Notes: generated by a model not told the origin, from the letters alone. Shown: positions 38,611 through 51,555, counted from the first letter of the stretch. The stretch: DNA of 64,000 bases from Malacoraja senta (GCA_038087875.1 CM075979.1:12028001-12092000), one strand, 5' to 3'. Program-made: numbers and translations.

Positions 38611-38793
38611 TTTAAGAAGGAACTGCAGATGCTGGAAAATCGAAGGTAGACAAAAGTGCTGGAGAAACTCAGCGGGTGCAGCAGCATCTATGGAGCGAAG
38701 GAAATAGGCAACGTTTCGGCCCGAAACGTTGCCTATTTCCTTCGCTCCATAGATGCTGCTGCACCCGCTGAGTTTCTCCAGCACTTTTGTCTA
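38611..38793. mobile_element. Penelope-like short insertion with perfect 73-bp inverted repeat and 14-bp TSD
   Basis: Arms 38647-38719 and 38721-38793 are exact reverse complements; GCTGGGAAGAAGCT at 38597-38610 and 38794-38807. Confidence 0.88.
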
Positions 38794-38929
38794 GCTGGGA
38801 AGAAGCTGTTCATGAACCTGGAGGTGGTGGTTTTCAGGCTCCTGTACCTTTATCCCGATGGTAGGTGTGGCCAGTGTGGTGTGGTGTGGGTCTTTGATAT
38901 GACTCACTTTCTGGAGGCTATGCCTCTTG

Positions 38930-40830
38930 TGGATCCCTGCAGTGTTGGGGGCAGTATGGCTTCCCCCGCGGTCGCATGGAACGGTGCTGTGAGAAGGAGG
39001 GCATGTAGGGCACAGCTCCCTTGGAACACCGGGAGGGGAGGGGAAGATATGCTTGATGATCCCATCCGTTTGTAGGTGGACGTCATCCCCGTAAGGGGAG
39101 CGATCCATTAGTGGGGAGGCTGGTGGGGCGAAAGGTGAGGAGCAGGGGAATAGATTCACAGGAAATGGAACTGCTACAGTGACAGCCCTGTCAACTGTGG
39201 TGGGCCTTGGTTAAGGAAAAAAAGGGAAGGCTGCTGAGGAAGAGTTCCTCATCAGAACCTGGGAAAAAGATGGAGAACGGAATGGAATTCTTATGGCGAT
39301 CGGGGTGGAAGTGCAGTTGAGTGTGATCCCTTGTACTTGGAATGGATATTGGTGACCTCTCCTGTGAAGCAAAGTCAGGGAAGAGAAGGTGAGAGGCAGA
39401 GCCAGACTGATGGACGGTGAGACAGGGTGGAAACTGGCAGCAAAGTTAATGACACGTTTGAGTTCTACAGGAGAACGGGAAGCAGCACTGATACACTCAT
39501 CAATGTACCAAAAAGCGGGAAAGGGGAATGTTGGAGACTGTTCTGCAAAATCCTGCAAAGATATAGCTATAGCTTGGACCCATCCAGGTTTCCATAGCTA
39601 CGTCCTGGATTAAATACAGAGATCTTCCAGTCCAGTTCAAGCCAGAGGTGTGAGAAGGGACACGATTAAAGGTTGTAGGAGTCATGCGGCTCGGTATGGT
39701 GGATGTGGAAGGAGGTTTGACCTTGGGAAGACCTAGAATCAGGGGGAATGATATTATTTTTATTAGAGTGATTTTAAGCTCTCTTCCTCATCGAGCTGTG
39801 GATGCAGTTCAGATCATGGCTGCACATCAGCAGGTTACATGGTTGATGGAGGATGAGTGGTTGGTTTCATGAGCATAAGAATTGGAAGAGGACGAGGTCA
39901 TTTGTAATCTTTCAGTAAGATCATCGTTAATGGAACATGAAAGAGAACAGCACAGAAACATTCCTTTTGGTCCACGTGTCCACGCCAACCATGATGCCAA
40001 ACTAAACCGCACCGGCTCTTTCTATTCCTCCCTGCTTGTGTGTCTATCAAAAAGCCTCTTAAATATTGCTACTGTATCTGCTTCCACCACCACTGCTGTC
40101 ACTGGGTTCCAGGCATCCACCATTATGTGTGGATAACGTGCCCCACACATCTCCTTTTAACTATCCCCTTCTGACCAGAAAGTTACAGTATGCACTCTAG
40201 TATTTGCCAAATCCATCCTGGGAAAAAGACTACCTACCTGATATATCCCTCTCATAATTTACTACCCTATCTGCTTTAGATGCCAATTTCACACAGTCTT
40301 TGAGGCAGAAATGAATTCTTGGTAGGCAAGTGTAATGAAAGGTTATCTTGGGTTGGTGGGAGTGCATAGTTCAGCCAACAGGTTGAGCAGCCATTATTAT
40401 CTTGTTAAATGGCAGAGTCATTGAGGAACTGAGTGGTCTACACCTGCTCTTCACTGGTCTGTTTGTATGTCCATCTTTGTATGTGATGGTGCAGAGAACA
40501 TCAAAGGTGTTGCAGATGTAAGTGGGAATGGGGAGGGTAAGAAGCATCCAGTTAAGCGAGGAAGAAGTAGGTTCTGTGGGGCAAGAACAGGATGAAACAA
40601 TGGGTTTACGCAGACTGTGGACTTTGGGGCGGTGGTGGAAATAGACCTTGTGGAAATAGGGCACTGTGAAACTGTGTCCTTGCTGGGAAGATCTCCAGAG
40701 GTGAGCACGGCCTGACGTTCAGTGGGGTGGCCGTGATCCAAGGAAGGTACAAGGACCGAGAGCTGATGTTTGACCTCACTGAGGAAGAGGTCATTTCATC
40801 CGACAGCAACAGTGCCACTTTGTCAGAAGG
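38930..40830 (-). mobile_element. Decayed Penelope-like RT / GIY-YIG coding fragments
   Basis: YLIQDVAMETWMGPSYSYIFAG (GVAMGTRMGPSYA-like), FWYIDECISAAS..INFAASFHP (RYIDD-like), and YICNTFDVLCTI near 40480-40530; interrupted by CR1 pieces. Confidence 0.65.
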
Positions 40831-43800
40831 TTTGTTGACTGTGATGGGATTGCTCCATAATTGTTTTTAAAAAAATGGCAGGCACTGTAAATCTGAAATG
40901 CTCAGCAGGTCAGGCAGCATCTGCGGAAAGTGAAACAGGATTAATGTTCAAGTCATTGTCAGAAGTGAATGTGCTACAAAACAGCAACAAGCAATAGTCT
41001 CCAAACAAGGTCATTTACCTGAAACATTGACTCTTTCATAGATTATGTTGTCGATCTGTTCAGCACGGAAACAGGCCCTTCAGACCACCCAGTCCACGCT
41101 GACCAAGTTGGGCTTGTCCCATTGTCTACATTTGGCGCATAGCCCATCCGAAGCCTTTGTATTCATTTCCAAATCTGTCCAAATATCTTTTAAAATATGT
41201 AATTGTATCCGCTTCTGTAGCTTGCTCTGGCAGCTCATTCCAGATACCAACTAACCAGGGTGATAATGTTGCCTCTGAGGTCCATCTTAAACCTCTCCTC
41301 TCTCACTTTAAGCCTGTAATGTCTACTTGGGGAATAGACTGTCAGTGTTCTTTATCCCAGCCTCTCATGATCCTGTACACCTCAATCAAGTCACCCCTCA
41401 GCCTCCTAGGCTCCAAAGAAAAAAAGTCCCAACCTATCCACCTTCTCTCTAAACTCAAGCTTGCAAGCCCCAGTAAAGGCCCGGTGAACCCTTTTCCAAC
41501 TTAATGACATCCTTCCTATAGCTGGGCGACGGGAACTGCACACAGTACTCCAAGTGTGGTCTCACTAACAACTTGTAAAGCTGCATCACCACGTGCCAAC
41601 TTTTCATTTCTGTCTCTCTAGAAACATGCTTTGTGCTTGTTTTACATTATTACACTGACTTGTTAACCTGAGATAACTTTTAGTGAAGGCATGTTACTCC
41701 CTATTTATCAAGATACTATTTAACTTTGCCTTACCAGTATTCAACGACTCTGCTGCCACTGCCTTTTGTGGAAGAGAGTTCGAAAGACTCTGAGAAAAAA
41801 ATGTTCATTTCTTTCTTAAATGGGCAATCCCTTCTTTTTAAACAGTGACCCCCTACTTCTAGATTCCCTTACAAAAGGAAACATTCCCACCACAACCACC
41901 CTGGCAATGTTCATTAACATCTTTTATAATTCCGTCAAGAGTGTTCAATTGTCATGTACTGTCAACGGGACAATTAAATTCTTATTGCCTGCAGCTTTAC
42001 AGGCCTGTAAATGCAATTAAATATGCATAAACCTATAATAATCAATAAAACAAATTAATAACCATAATATTAGGTAACCTTAATAGTGCAAAACCAAAGT
42101 CTGTAGTCAAAGATACAGCCCACAGGAGATCATAGTTGCTGAGCTTTGTGTTGTGCAGTGTTCAAGAGCCTAATGTTGCTGGGAAGAAACTATTCGTGGT
42201 TTTCAGGCCCCTGTATCTTCTTCCCAATAGTAGTAACGAGATGACCAAGTATAATAACTTGTAAAACAGAAAGTGCTGGAGGAACTCAACGGGATAGATT
42301 GCATCTGTAGAGGGAATGGACAGGCAACGTTTCAGGGCGAGAGCCTTCTTCAGACCAAAGATACTAGCTCTTTGCTTCAGACTATGATAACGAAATATGA
42401 TGAGGTGGCCAATTATTTAGTTGAAGAGAATGTGTGAGCTTGATGTTTAGCTCTTTGAATTCTACAGATATCAGTCATGACAGAGGTTGATACACGCGAA
42501 TCCTTATATCACAGCTCAATATCAGGATTCACATTGATGACCGGAACCTCTGGTTAATGCGTCAGTCCAGGGAAGGGGCAAATGTGAAATAAGATGACAA
42601 AGTGAGAATCGCAACAGGGGCTAATCTCTTTCGTGATCTTAGCTTATTTCCCGTTTGAGAGGAAGCGAGTCCTATTTCTAGATTGCAGCGTTCTGTTACT
42701 TCTAAGTAATTGTCAATCTCACCTCACGGCCACAGTTGATGCGATGCTGATGCAGAGTCGAGAATAGTTCACAACCCCAGATCCAGGAGCATCTGCAATA
42801 TAAACTTCTCCAGCTGGTGTTAACGGCTTTTTTTTTAATCGCCTTTGCATTTATAAAAATAATGCTACAAGACCAAGCAAAATTTGATTTTGGGGTGAAC
42901 AATCGTGCAATTACCAAACAAAAACATTTTAGTGCTCAGAGGCATTAATTTGCAGCGCACCACTTCACAGTGGTACCATGGCAGCAGATACTTTGCTTCA
43001 GGTGACCTCTCGTTTCGCAAGGTGTGGCTGCAGAGTTGGGTACACTTCCAATTATTTCCCCTTGTGCATCGATCATAAATGAGCAGAACCACAAGTCAAA
43101 TTGAACAGTTTTTTTTCTTTTCAAGTTATTGTGCAGCATCTCAGTATTTTGAACATTGTTCTGACTTTAAACTGGGATACATCTAGATTACTGATTTAGG
43201 CCGAAATAGAGTTAAACAGCATGGAAACAGAATCCTCAGCCCAACATCCATGCCAACCAAGATGCCCCATTTAAGATAGTCCCTCTTCCCTGTGTTTGAC
43301 CCATTTCCCTTTAAACCTTTCCTATCCATGTACATGTCCAAGTGTCTTTAAAATGTTGTTATTGTACTTGCCTTGGCTACTTTAATTGGCAGCTTGTTCC
43401 ATAAACCCACCACCTTCTGTTTTGAGAAGGTTGTCCCTTGCGTTCCTATCAAATCTTTCCACTCTCACCTTAAACCTATGCCCTCTGGTTCTTAAAGATA
43501 GACACAAAATACTGGAGTGACTCAGCCGGGCAGGCAGCATCTCTAGATAGAAGGAATGGGTGACTTTTCGGATTGAGACCCTTTTTCAGACTGAAGACGG
43601 CTCAACCCAAAACATCTTCAACCCTATATCTTCCATCCAGAGATGCTGCCTGTCAGGCTGAGTTACTCCAGCATTTTGGTTTAAACCAGCATCTGCAGTT
43701 CCTTCCAACACATTCCATCTGGTTCCTGATTCCCCTCCTTTGGGAAAAGGCTGTCATTCACCCCTATCTATTCTCTTCATTAATTTTATACCCCTCTATA

Positions 43801-43844
43801 AGATGCTTGTTCCAGGAAGCAAAGGGATATCATCTGGCGTGGTA

Positions 43845-44070
43845 CCACCCCTCTGACACTTCTGTACCATCCCCACAACACTGCAGCGCTGCACAACTGC
43901 CCATCAAACAGTTGGCACGCCCTCAACACTGCCCCTCTGACATTGCATCGCTTGCTCAGTACTGTTCTTGCGACTGTGTCACACTCCCTCTGTACTGTCT
44001 CTGTGACTGTGCCACACTCCCTCAGTACAGTCCCTCTGATGGTGCTCTCTTCCCTGCACTGGGAAGTGCT
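43845..44070. repeat. Degenerate tandem repeat of about 33 bp (CCCTCTGACAGTGC..CACTCCCTCAGTACTG type), likely SINE-derived
   Basis: Recurrent CCCTC(A/T)GTAC(T/A)G and CTCTGAC motifs; a related unit at about 47283-47330. Confidence 0.55.
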
Positions 44071-45834
44071 GCATGCTCGCTCACCTTGTGGGTTTGAGTT
44101 ACAGGGAGATGTTGGATAGGTTGGAATATTTTTGATAAAGTGAACGCTCAGTCTTTTTCCCAGGGTAGTGGATTCCAAAACTAAAGAGCATAGGATTAAG
44201 GGGAGAGATTTAAGAGCGATCTCAGGGGAAATCTTTTTCTCAGAGTGTAGTCTGTATCTGGAATGAGCTGCCGGAGGTAGCTATAGAAGCAGATTCAATT
44301 ATGACCTTTAATGGACAGCAGAGAGATATATGGATCGAAGGGTGCAGAGGGTTATGGGCGAAATGCTGACAAATGAGACTAGCTTAGACAAGGAAGGCCA
44401 AAGGGTCTGTTTTCGTGCTGCACAGCTCTATGACTCGAAGATCAGACTGTATCATGGGATCAAGTTTGCAATAGGATGGTAATCTGGGTGATGTCTGCGG
44501 TGCTGGACTGCAGTCTGGGGGGTTACTGGGTTTGTGTTGTTATCATTCTCATATTTGCAAACACATTTTCTCTAAGAAATAATGCAGAACAATTTCAGTT
44601 TCATTATCAGGGTTAACATTTGTTTTTGTAGAACTATAAATAAACTTGGTTATCATCGTGAATCATGGTGCTGTAATGCACGGTTTCATTATAATTAATG
44701 AAGCAATAACCTTTTTTCTTTGCATGCATTTCTGGCTTTTATGCAAGGTCAGTTAAAGTGACACTCCCCTTGAATACACCAAGCATCGTGCAAAAGTGCT
44801 GTAGCTCCGACAGGTTTGCTGTTGTGTACATTTAAAGGATGATCCTCAAAACAGATAGTGTGAGGTGGAGTCTGTTGCCCCATTCTCAGTTGAGGGTCAT
44901 GTGTGGAGTGGCTATGTCCTGTACTGAGTCGGTGTTTGATGTGGAGTTGATGTGTGGTCTTGTTCTCATTTCAGATGAACCCATTCGGAATTAGGGTCTG
45001 GTGAGTCATTTCGCACAGAAACAACTCCTTCAGCCCATCCAGTCCATGTCAACCATCAAGCACCCATTTACACAAATCCTACATTAATCACAACATGCTT
45101 GGCAATCTGGGAAGCATCCACCACGCCTAATTGATAGAACGATGTCCAGCAGTCTGTTGGATGCCTCCACTGCCTCCTCACCACAAACCTGGCTCAATGC
45201 TGCCTCCAGAGGTAGAGAGAGAAACTGTTCTAATGTGGTAGACATGATCACGTCCCATTACACAGCCACAGACAGCCAGGCAGGATCAGTAGAGTACAAG
45301 TGTGTAGGAAGAAACTGCAGATGCTGGTTTAAATCGAAGATAGGCACAAAAAACTGGAGTAACTCCACGGGACAGGCAGCATCTTTGGAGAGAAGAAATG
45401 GGTGGACGTTTCGGATTGACCCGAAATGTCACCCATTCCTTCTCTCCAGAGATAGATGCTGCCTGTCTCGCTGAGTTACTCCAGCTTTTTGTGCCTATCT
45501 TCAGTAGAGTGTAATCTGATTCTGAACCTGAGATCCTGAGCCTTGTGCAAGGAATGAGCGGATGAGGATAGACTCTTCAGGGAGAGTTGTGGGATGTAAG
45601 TGGTATCTAGGCGAGGGGTGGGTTGTAATGAGATGGCGTCAAGAGTAGGATGAGATAAAATCAAGAGCGTTTAACTGTCCTATGTACCGACAACAGAATA
45701 ATAAAATTGTTGCTTGCTGCAGCTAAACAGGCCCATAAACACAATAACACAAAGATAAATATATAAGTTATTGACCATAATTCTAAGTAATCATAATAGT
45801 GCAAAACTGAAGTGTGTAGTGCAACTGAAGACAC

Positions 45835-46470
45835 ATACATAGATACATAGAAAATAGGTGCAGGAGTAGGCCATTCGGCCCTTCGAGCCTGCACCGCCAT
45901 TCAATATGATCATGGCTGATCATCCAACTCAGTATCCCGTACCTGCCTTCTCTCCATACCCCCTGATCCCTTTAGCCACAAGGGCCACATCTAACTCCCT
46001 CTTAAATATAGCCAATGAACTGGCCTCAACTACCCTCTGTGGCAGAGAGTTCCAGAGATTCACCACTCTCTGTGTGAAAAATGTTTTTCTCATCTCGGGC
46101 TTAAAGGATTTCCCCCTTATCCTTAAGCTGTGACCCCTTGTCCTGGACTTCCCCAACATCGGGAACAATCTTCCTGCATCTAGCCTGTCCAACCCCATAA
46201 GAATTTTGTAAGTTTCTATAAGATCCCCTCTCAATCTCCTAAATTCTAGCGAGTATAAGCCGAGTCTATCCAGTCTTTCTTCATATGAAAGTCCTGACAT
46301 CCCAGGAATCAGTCTGGTGAACCTTCTCTGCACTCCCTCTATGGCAATAATGTCCTTCCTCAGATTTGGAGACCAAAACTGTACACAATACTCCAGGTGT
46401 GGTCTCACCAAGACCCTGTACAACTGCAGTAGAACCTCCCTGCTCCTATACTCAAATCCTTTTGCTATGA
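45835..46470 (-). mobile_element. Young 5'-truncated CR1 nested in a Rex1-type fragment
   Basis: ORF 45929-46486(-): [35 protein letters not shown]...GIRGYGEKAGTGY, uninterrupted. Confidence 0.93.
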
Positions 46471-48094
46471 AAAGGACACAGTCCATAGAAGATCATAGTT
46501 GCTGAAGTTAGTATTGTGCAGTGTTCAAGAGCCTGATGATTGGTGGGAAGAAGCTGTTCTTGAACCTGGAGTTCACGGTTCCCAGGCTCCTGTACCTACA
46601 TCTCGATGGTGGAGGTGAGATGAGAGAGCGGCCAGGGTGATGTGGGTCTTTGGGCACCTCTATCGATGGTGGGGAGGTCGGTACCTTTGATGGACGGGGC
46701 ACTGTCAAGGAGAAGGTGGGATATGGATGGTTGTGACTGATGGAGGTGTGAAATTTTGGGGTGTGGAGGGGTGCCAGTAGGAGGGGCCTCCAGCTGAGGG
46801 GTGGTGTAGCAGGAGGGATTTGGGTGGGAGGCATGTAGGAGGCGGGTGAGTAAAGCAGTGGGTTATCAAGGGAGAGTTGGAATGCAGTGGAAGGGTGCAG
46901 GATGCTGTAGAGTTTTGAGGCTTATGGTCAGAGGCTGCAAGGTGTGTTTGACTTCAGTGAACTAATCCGCCTGGATTCCAGACACGTTCTTTGTGCTCTT
47001 CTGAGCGCAACATTCTAGCAGTGTTGCGGTGACTGAGTGAACCATTGCACAGAAACTTCAGAAATGTCACTTCGACATTCTGTATTGCAAAACTATTTTG
47101 CCAGAAATATTTGGCAGTCAAACAATGGATATTGGACCTGGCCACGGGCCGCTGTTCACTGGGCGTCCTGGTGCACGAACCAGGAAGCAGACAGGAGACC
47201 TGTGGAAACACCTCCGTCCTCCATGGAGACTAAACCCAGTCTCCCAAATGGCTGAATAAGCTACAGCATACGTTATTGAGCTCCCTCAGAACTGCCCCTC
47301 CCACAGTGCGGCGCTCCCTCAGTACCACTTTGACTGTGAGGTGCTACTCTAGTTTATCCCTGGTGCATGGACTGTGTTTCCCTGCCTGTGTTGCATATGG
47401 AGCTACAGCTGGCCCAGTGCAGGATGTAAATCAGTGAAGAATGCCCTGCACCTCAACGTAGTATCGAGTGACTGGGCTGCTGCCAAACGGATGATCTAAG
47501 CTCAGAAAAGCAGCAGATCAGCAGGACACTCGGTTCTTGACGCAGAGCCCAGCACCATCAATCCTTATCCTGTAGGGGCCTGCATTAGATCTCATAGATG
47601 TGCTTTGATCTCCACCTGGCCTGGGAGACAAGTGTTGCCTGTTGGCGGTGATCACCGCTTCCCAATGTAAAGCTATTCTGTTGATAGCTCCTCTCTCCTG
47701 GCTAGATCTCCTGGCAGACGGCAGGGGACTGTACCGGTTGAGATTTTCCCAAGGATTGCGATCTGAATATGTTCACCGACAGGCCAGCATGTCCAACCAA
47801 GGACACCGCAGGAAGAGATGAAAAAACACTGCCCTGTGCTGTGGCTGATTGAAATTTGTTCCCTGGAAAGACACCAAATGCTTGAGTAACTCAGCGGCTC
47901 AGGCAGCATCCCTGGATAGTATGGATAGGTGACGTTACGGATTGGGACCCTTCTTCAGACCCTGAAACATCACCTATCTAAGTTCTCCAGAGATGCTGCT
48001 TGACCCATTGAATTACTCCAGCATTTTGTGTCTTTCCTTGGGAAACCAACATCTGTAGTTCCCTGTTTCTATGAGATGCCCCCCCCCCCCCCTT

Positions 48095-49105
48095 GTAGCA
48101 ATGTCACAACATTTTGAGATTTTAAACATCAAGTCTGCAATTTATCCCATCAGATAAAGCATAAAAAGAAGTTTAATTTGACACCTAATTCACTTTCATA
48201 TCTTCAGTATTAAAAATGTTATGGCCATTTTCATACTCTGAAATTAGCATCTTGTTCCCTATTGCTTTTCCATTGACTTAACTCAAAAGCTGTGATCAAG
48301 GACAGTCAAAAGCCCATAACTCTCTTAAAAATTAAGAGAACAATGAAATGTTCAGTTATTATAGATTGAAGCATTCTGAAATAAATATGAAACAATCTTA
48401 CTTGGATGACCTACAATTAGTTACCTAATTGTAGCTAATTACAAAATTCAATTACTAGATCTAAACATCTATCCATTTCTTAAGAAAAGGTTAACATTTT
48501 TAAATAGCCTGTATCCAATTAACATTCACACAAGAATTCACAATATAACATGATTTTTAAATCTCATTGTCATGAATTTATAGGCCAAATGGAAGGAATT
48601 TAATGTTTAATTCCCGTAAATTAATGGGCATTTTAATCATCTTGTGAGTGGGGTTTTGTGGAACGCGATCGATTGGAACGTTGCGGTTGCAGTGAATTTG
48701 AATCCCATATCGGCAGGAAAAACACTGCCGGTTCGTATGGGGCCAAAATCACATTTTCGCCAATGAAATTTGGATTAAAGTCATCCTAAGAAGCAAGTTT
48801 ATATGTAAAATAAACGACTTACCTTATGTTTTGTCCCCTACGTGAGATCCGTCACGTTGTAAGCGTTGACGGCATTAGAAGTAGCTTTTTATTTTACTCC
48901 AGGGATTAAATTGTCCCTCGATATTTTTTTAACTTCCGAGAACGGAAGTCAGAACGATTTTTCTGCAGCAGCTGAACAACCTGAGAACGTTCGACTCCGA
49001 CAGGCAGGAGAAAACGGCATTTTAATCCCGCCTCCCCCCTCAAAGGCGCCAAAGTCAGTGGCAGAACTGCAGCGCCGCTGAAGGTAGGTATTGTAACATC
49101 GCTAC
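48095..49105. mobile_element. Non-autonomous DNA-transposon-like element (about 1 kb), superfamily undetermined
   Basis: 15-bp TIR GTAGCAATGTCACAA (48095-48109) vs TTGTAACATCGCTAC (49091-49105), 13/15 match; AT-rich left half, CpG-retaining right half; no transposase ORF. Confidence 0.6.
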
Positions 49106-50060
49106 CCTTTGGGTAGTTTGTATAGAATTTGGCTACTGCTCATAGGTGGTGGAGGGAATTCATATTTTATGGTGTGGAGGAGGTTCTGATCAGCGAGCTT
49201 CATTGTCCCAGACAGTGCTAAGCTTGTGAGTGTGTTGGAGCTGCATTCATTCATTCAGGCAAGTGGACAGTGTCCCATCACACTCCTGACTTGTGCCTTG
49301 TTGATGGTGAAAAGGCTTTGGGTTGTGTGTCAGTTGGACAGTTCTGACAGTTTGGCTGTTTGACTTTGGCAATTCTGGTCACCTCATGAAAGGAAGGATT
49401 ATAGAGGGTGCAGAAGATGCTTGCCAGGATGCTGACCGGATTAGAGAGCATAAACCGTAAGAAGAGACTGGACAAAACTTGGCTTGTTTTCTCTGGAGCG
49501 TCAGATGCTGAGAGGAGACCTGATAGATGTTTATGAAATTATGAGAGGCATAGACAGTTTAAAGCAGATGTGTGGAACAGGTTTCTTTTACACAGAGAGT
49601 GGTGGATGTCTGGAACGTGCTGCCATGGGTGGTGGTGGAGGCAGATACGATAGTGGCATTCAAGAGGTTTTTATGTGGATTTGTGGGTATGAAGGGATGT
49701 AAATCACATCAAGGCAGAGGAGATTCATTGAACCTGGCATCACATTCGGCACAGACATTGTGTGCAGAAGGGCCTGTTCCTGTGCGTTACAGTTTGTTTT
49801 TCATGCTCCATATGTGTGGAGATAAATCTTTGACCACAGGATCCCCAGCCTCTTTGACCAGCTCTCCTGGGCCAGTTTTTATGTGGCATGTGTATCTGCA
49901 TTTCTGATCAATGGTGAATTGTTAATTTCATTCTGAGATGTATACAATTTTTTGATTGCTCAAGAATATACAGGCGATTCTGTATTCTACCGCTCAGGTA
50001 GAAGGTAACTCGCCCTTAGAGGATTCACTAATCGGCACCGGAAAAATTTGAGACATGGTA

Positions 50061-50172
50061 TAAAATAGTAAGATTAAACGAGAACTTACCAGTTTGAAGT
50101 TTGATCTGTATTTTATGAGGAGTTACGATGAGGGATTACGTGAAGAACCCGCTCAGTGCGCAGGCACGGCAT
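50061..50172 (-). repeat. DIRS right terminus: ITR (50139-50172) plus 3' extension (50061-50142)
   Basis: 50139-50172 is the reverse complement of 54861-54894 (1 mismatch); 50061-50142 is the exact reverse complement of 50291-50372. Confidence 0.95.
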
Positions 50173-50290
50173 ACTTCCAAGCAGCGGTGTGGAATCACAG
50201 ATAGACACAGGTATTTGAAGTAAACATAGTAAAGAAAAGGAGACATCAATTTATTAGTTTGATCCATATAATGAGGGTGGGAGCGGAGGG

Positions 50291-50403
50291 CACGTAATCC
50301 CTCATCGTAACTCCTCATAAAATACAGATCAAACTTCAAACTGGTAAGTTCTCGTTTAATCTTACTATTTTACTTCGGAGTCACGTGAGTGACTTCGTGA
50401 AGA
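50291..50403 (-). repeat. DIRS internal complementary region (ICR)
   Basis: 82/82 match to the right extension plus 37/37 match (50367-50403) to the left end (54887-54923), overlapping at ATTTTA. Confidence 0.95.
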
Positions 50404-50571
50404 TTTCAAAGCTCTGTGATTTCAAACCGTGTAACAGTTTTATTTCACTCACTGCCGAAAGTTCTTGAGGGAGGAAGTGTTATCGTAATCAACCAATGAA
50501 TCCGTTTCTCAAGAAACAAAAAAGGTATTTATTAACAATAACAAAATTAAATAGCTCCCCCGGGCTTTAAA

Positions 50572-51555
50572 TTATATATTTGCAGCTTCTAATATTTTCT
50601 CTGCAAATAAATCTGGTTTCATCAACGGCTTATTATAAAAAGTTCTGAATGTCGTTTCCCTCGACCATCCTGCTGTATTCAGAATATGGTCAACCGGTAC
50701 GTCCATTCTTTCCGCCGTTGATGTAGATGCTGCCCTAGTGGAATGAGATTTAAATGTATTAGTATCTATTCCGGCAGCCTTCAGCACCTGTTTGAGCCAT
50801 CTTGCAATGGTTTGGCTCGTTACCCGGCCATGAGGTTTCTTGTGGCTGACCCATAAGGCTTTTTCACTCCCTCTGATAATGTGGGTTGTGTCTATATAAT
50901 GTTGTAGATGAGTCACGACACACAACCGTGGCTCTTGTGGGTAGGCCCGGAATACCACCAGTGGATTCGCTGTTCCTGGCCTGCTTTGCTTCACCAGACC
51001 CTGTATGATGAATGTGATCTGATCTGGGGTGGTCACCATGTTGTCCAGCCTTAACTGGTGTAGTGACTGAACCCTCTGAGCGGATACGAGTGCCATCAAC
51101 ATGAGCATCTTTAATGTAGATTGCTCGAGGCTGAGGGATCTGGCTGGTGGCCATTCCCTGAGGTATGTCAGGACCACACTGATATCCCAAATATGGGTAT
51201 ACCTGGGTTTAGGGGGCTTGATATTATAAATACCCTTCATCAGTTTTACCACCAGTGGATGTGATCCCATTGCCTGTTGTCCTGCTGGTTTGAGATACGC
51301 AGAAAGAGCACTCCGCGCTGTGTTGATGGCACTGTAACTAATCCCTTCATCATGGTGTAGATGGGCCAGGAACTCCAGTACGTTGGTGGCTGTGGCTGTT
51401 GCATACGTTGTTCCTGTTTCCTGGCAGTACTTCTCCCATTTTCTTATGCTGCTTAAGTACTGCCTCTTGGTGGATGTTCGAAGGGATGCCGACATGGTGG
51501 TGATGGTACGTTCGGACAATCCCAGTTCCAGATAAGGTCTATTCAAAACCTGCAA
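50572..51555 (-). CDS. DIRS tyrosine recombinase, intact frame
   Basis: Catalytic set R (SAQRVQSL), K (VKQSRP), HxxR (SHSTRAASTS), W (AGWS), Y (FRTFYNKP); N-terminal core-binding region (KRQYLSSIRKWEKYC..YSAINTARSALS). The frame opens at TTG and has no nearby ATG. Confidence 0.95.
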   Translation of the reverse strand: MQVLNRPYLELGLSERTITTMSASLRTSTKRQYLSSIRKWEKYCQETGTTYATATATNVLEFLAHLHHDEGISYSAINTARSALSAYLKPAGQQAMGSHPLVVKLMKGIYNIKPPKPRYTHIWDISVVLTYLREWPPARSLSLEQSTLKMLMLMALVSAQRVQSLHQLRLDNMVTTPDQITFIIQGLVKQSRPGTANPLVVFRAYPQEPRLCVVTHLQHYIDTTHIIRGSEKALWVSHKKPHGRVTSQTIARWLKQVLKAAGIDTNTFKSHSTRAASTSTAERMDVPVDHILNTAGWSRETTFRTFYNKPLMKPDLFAEKILEAANI

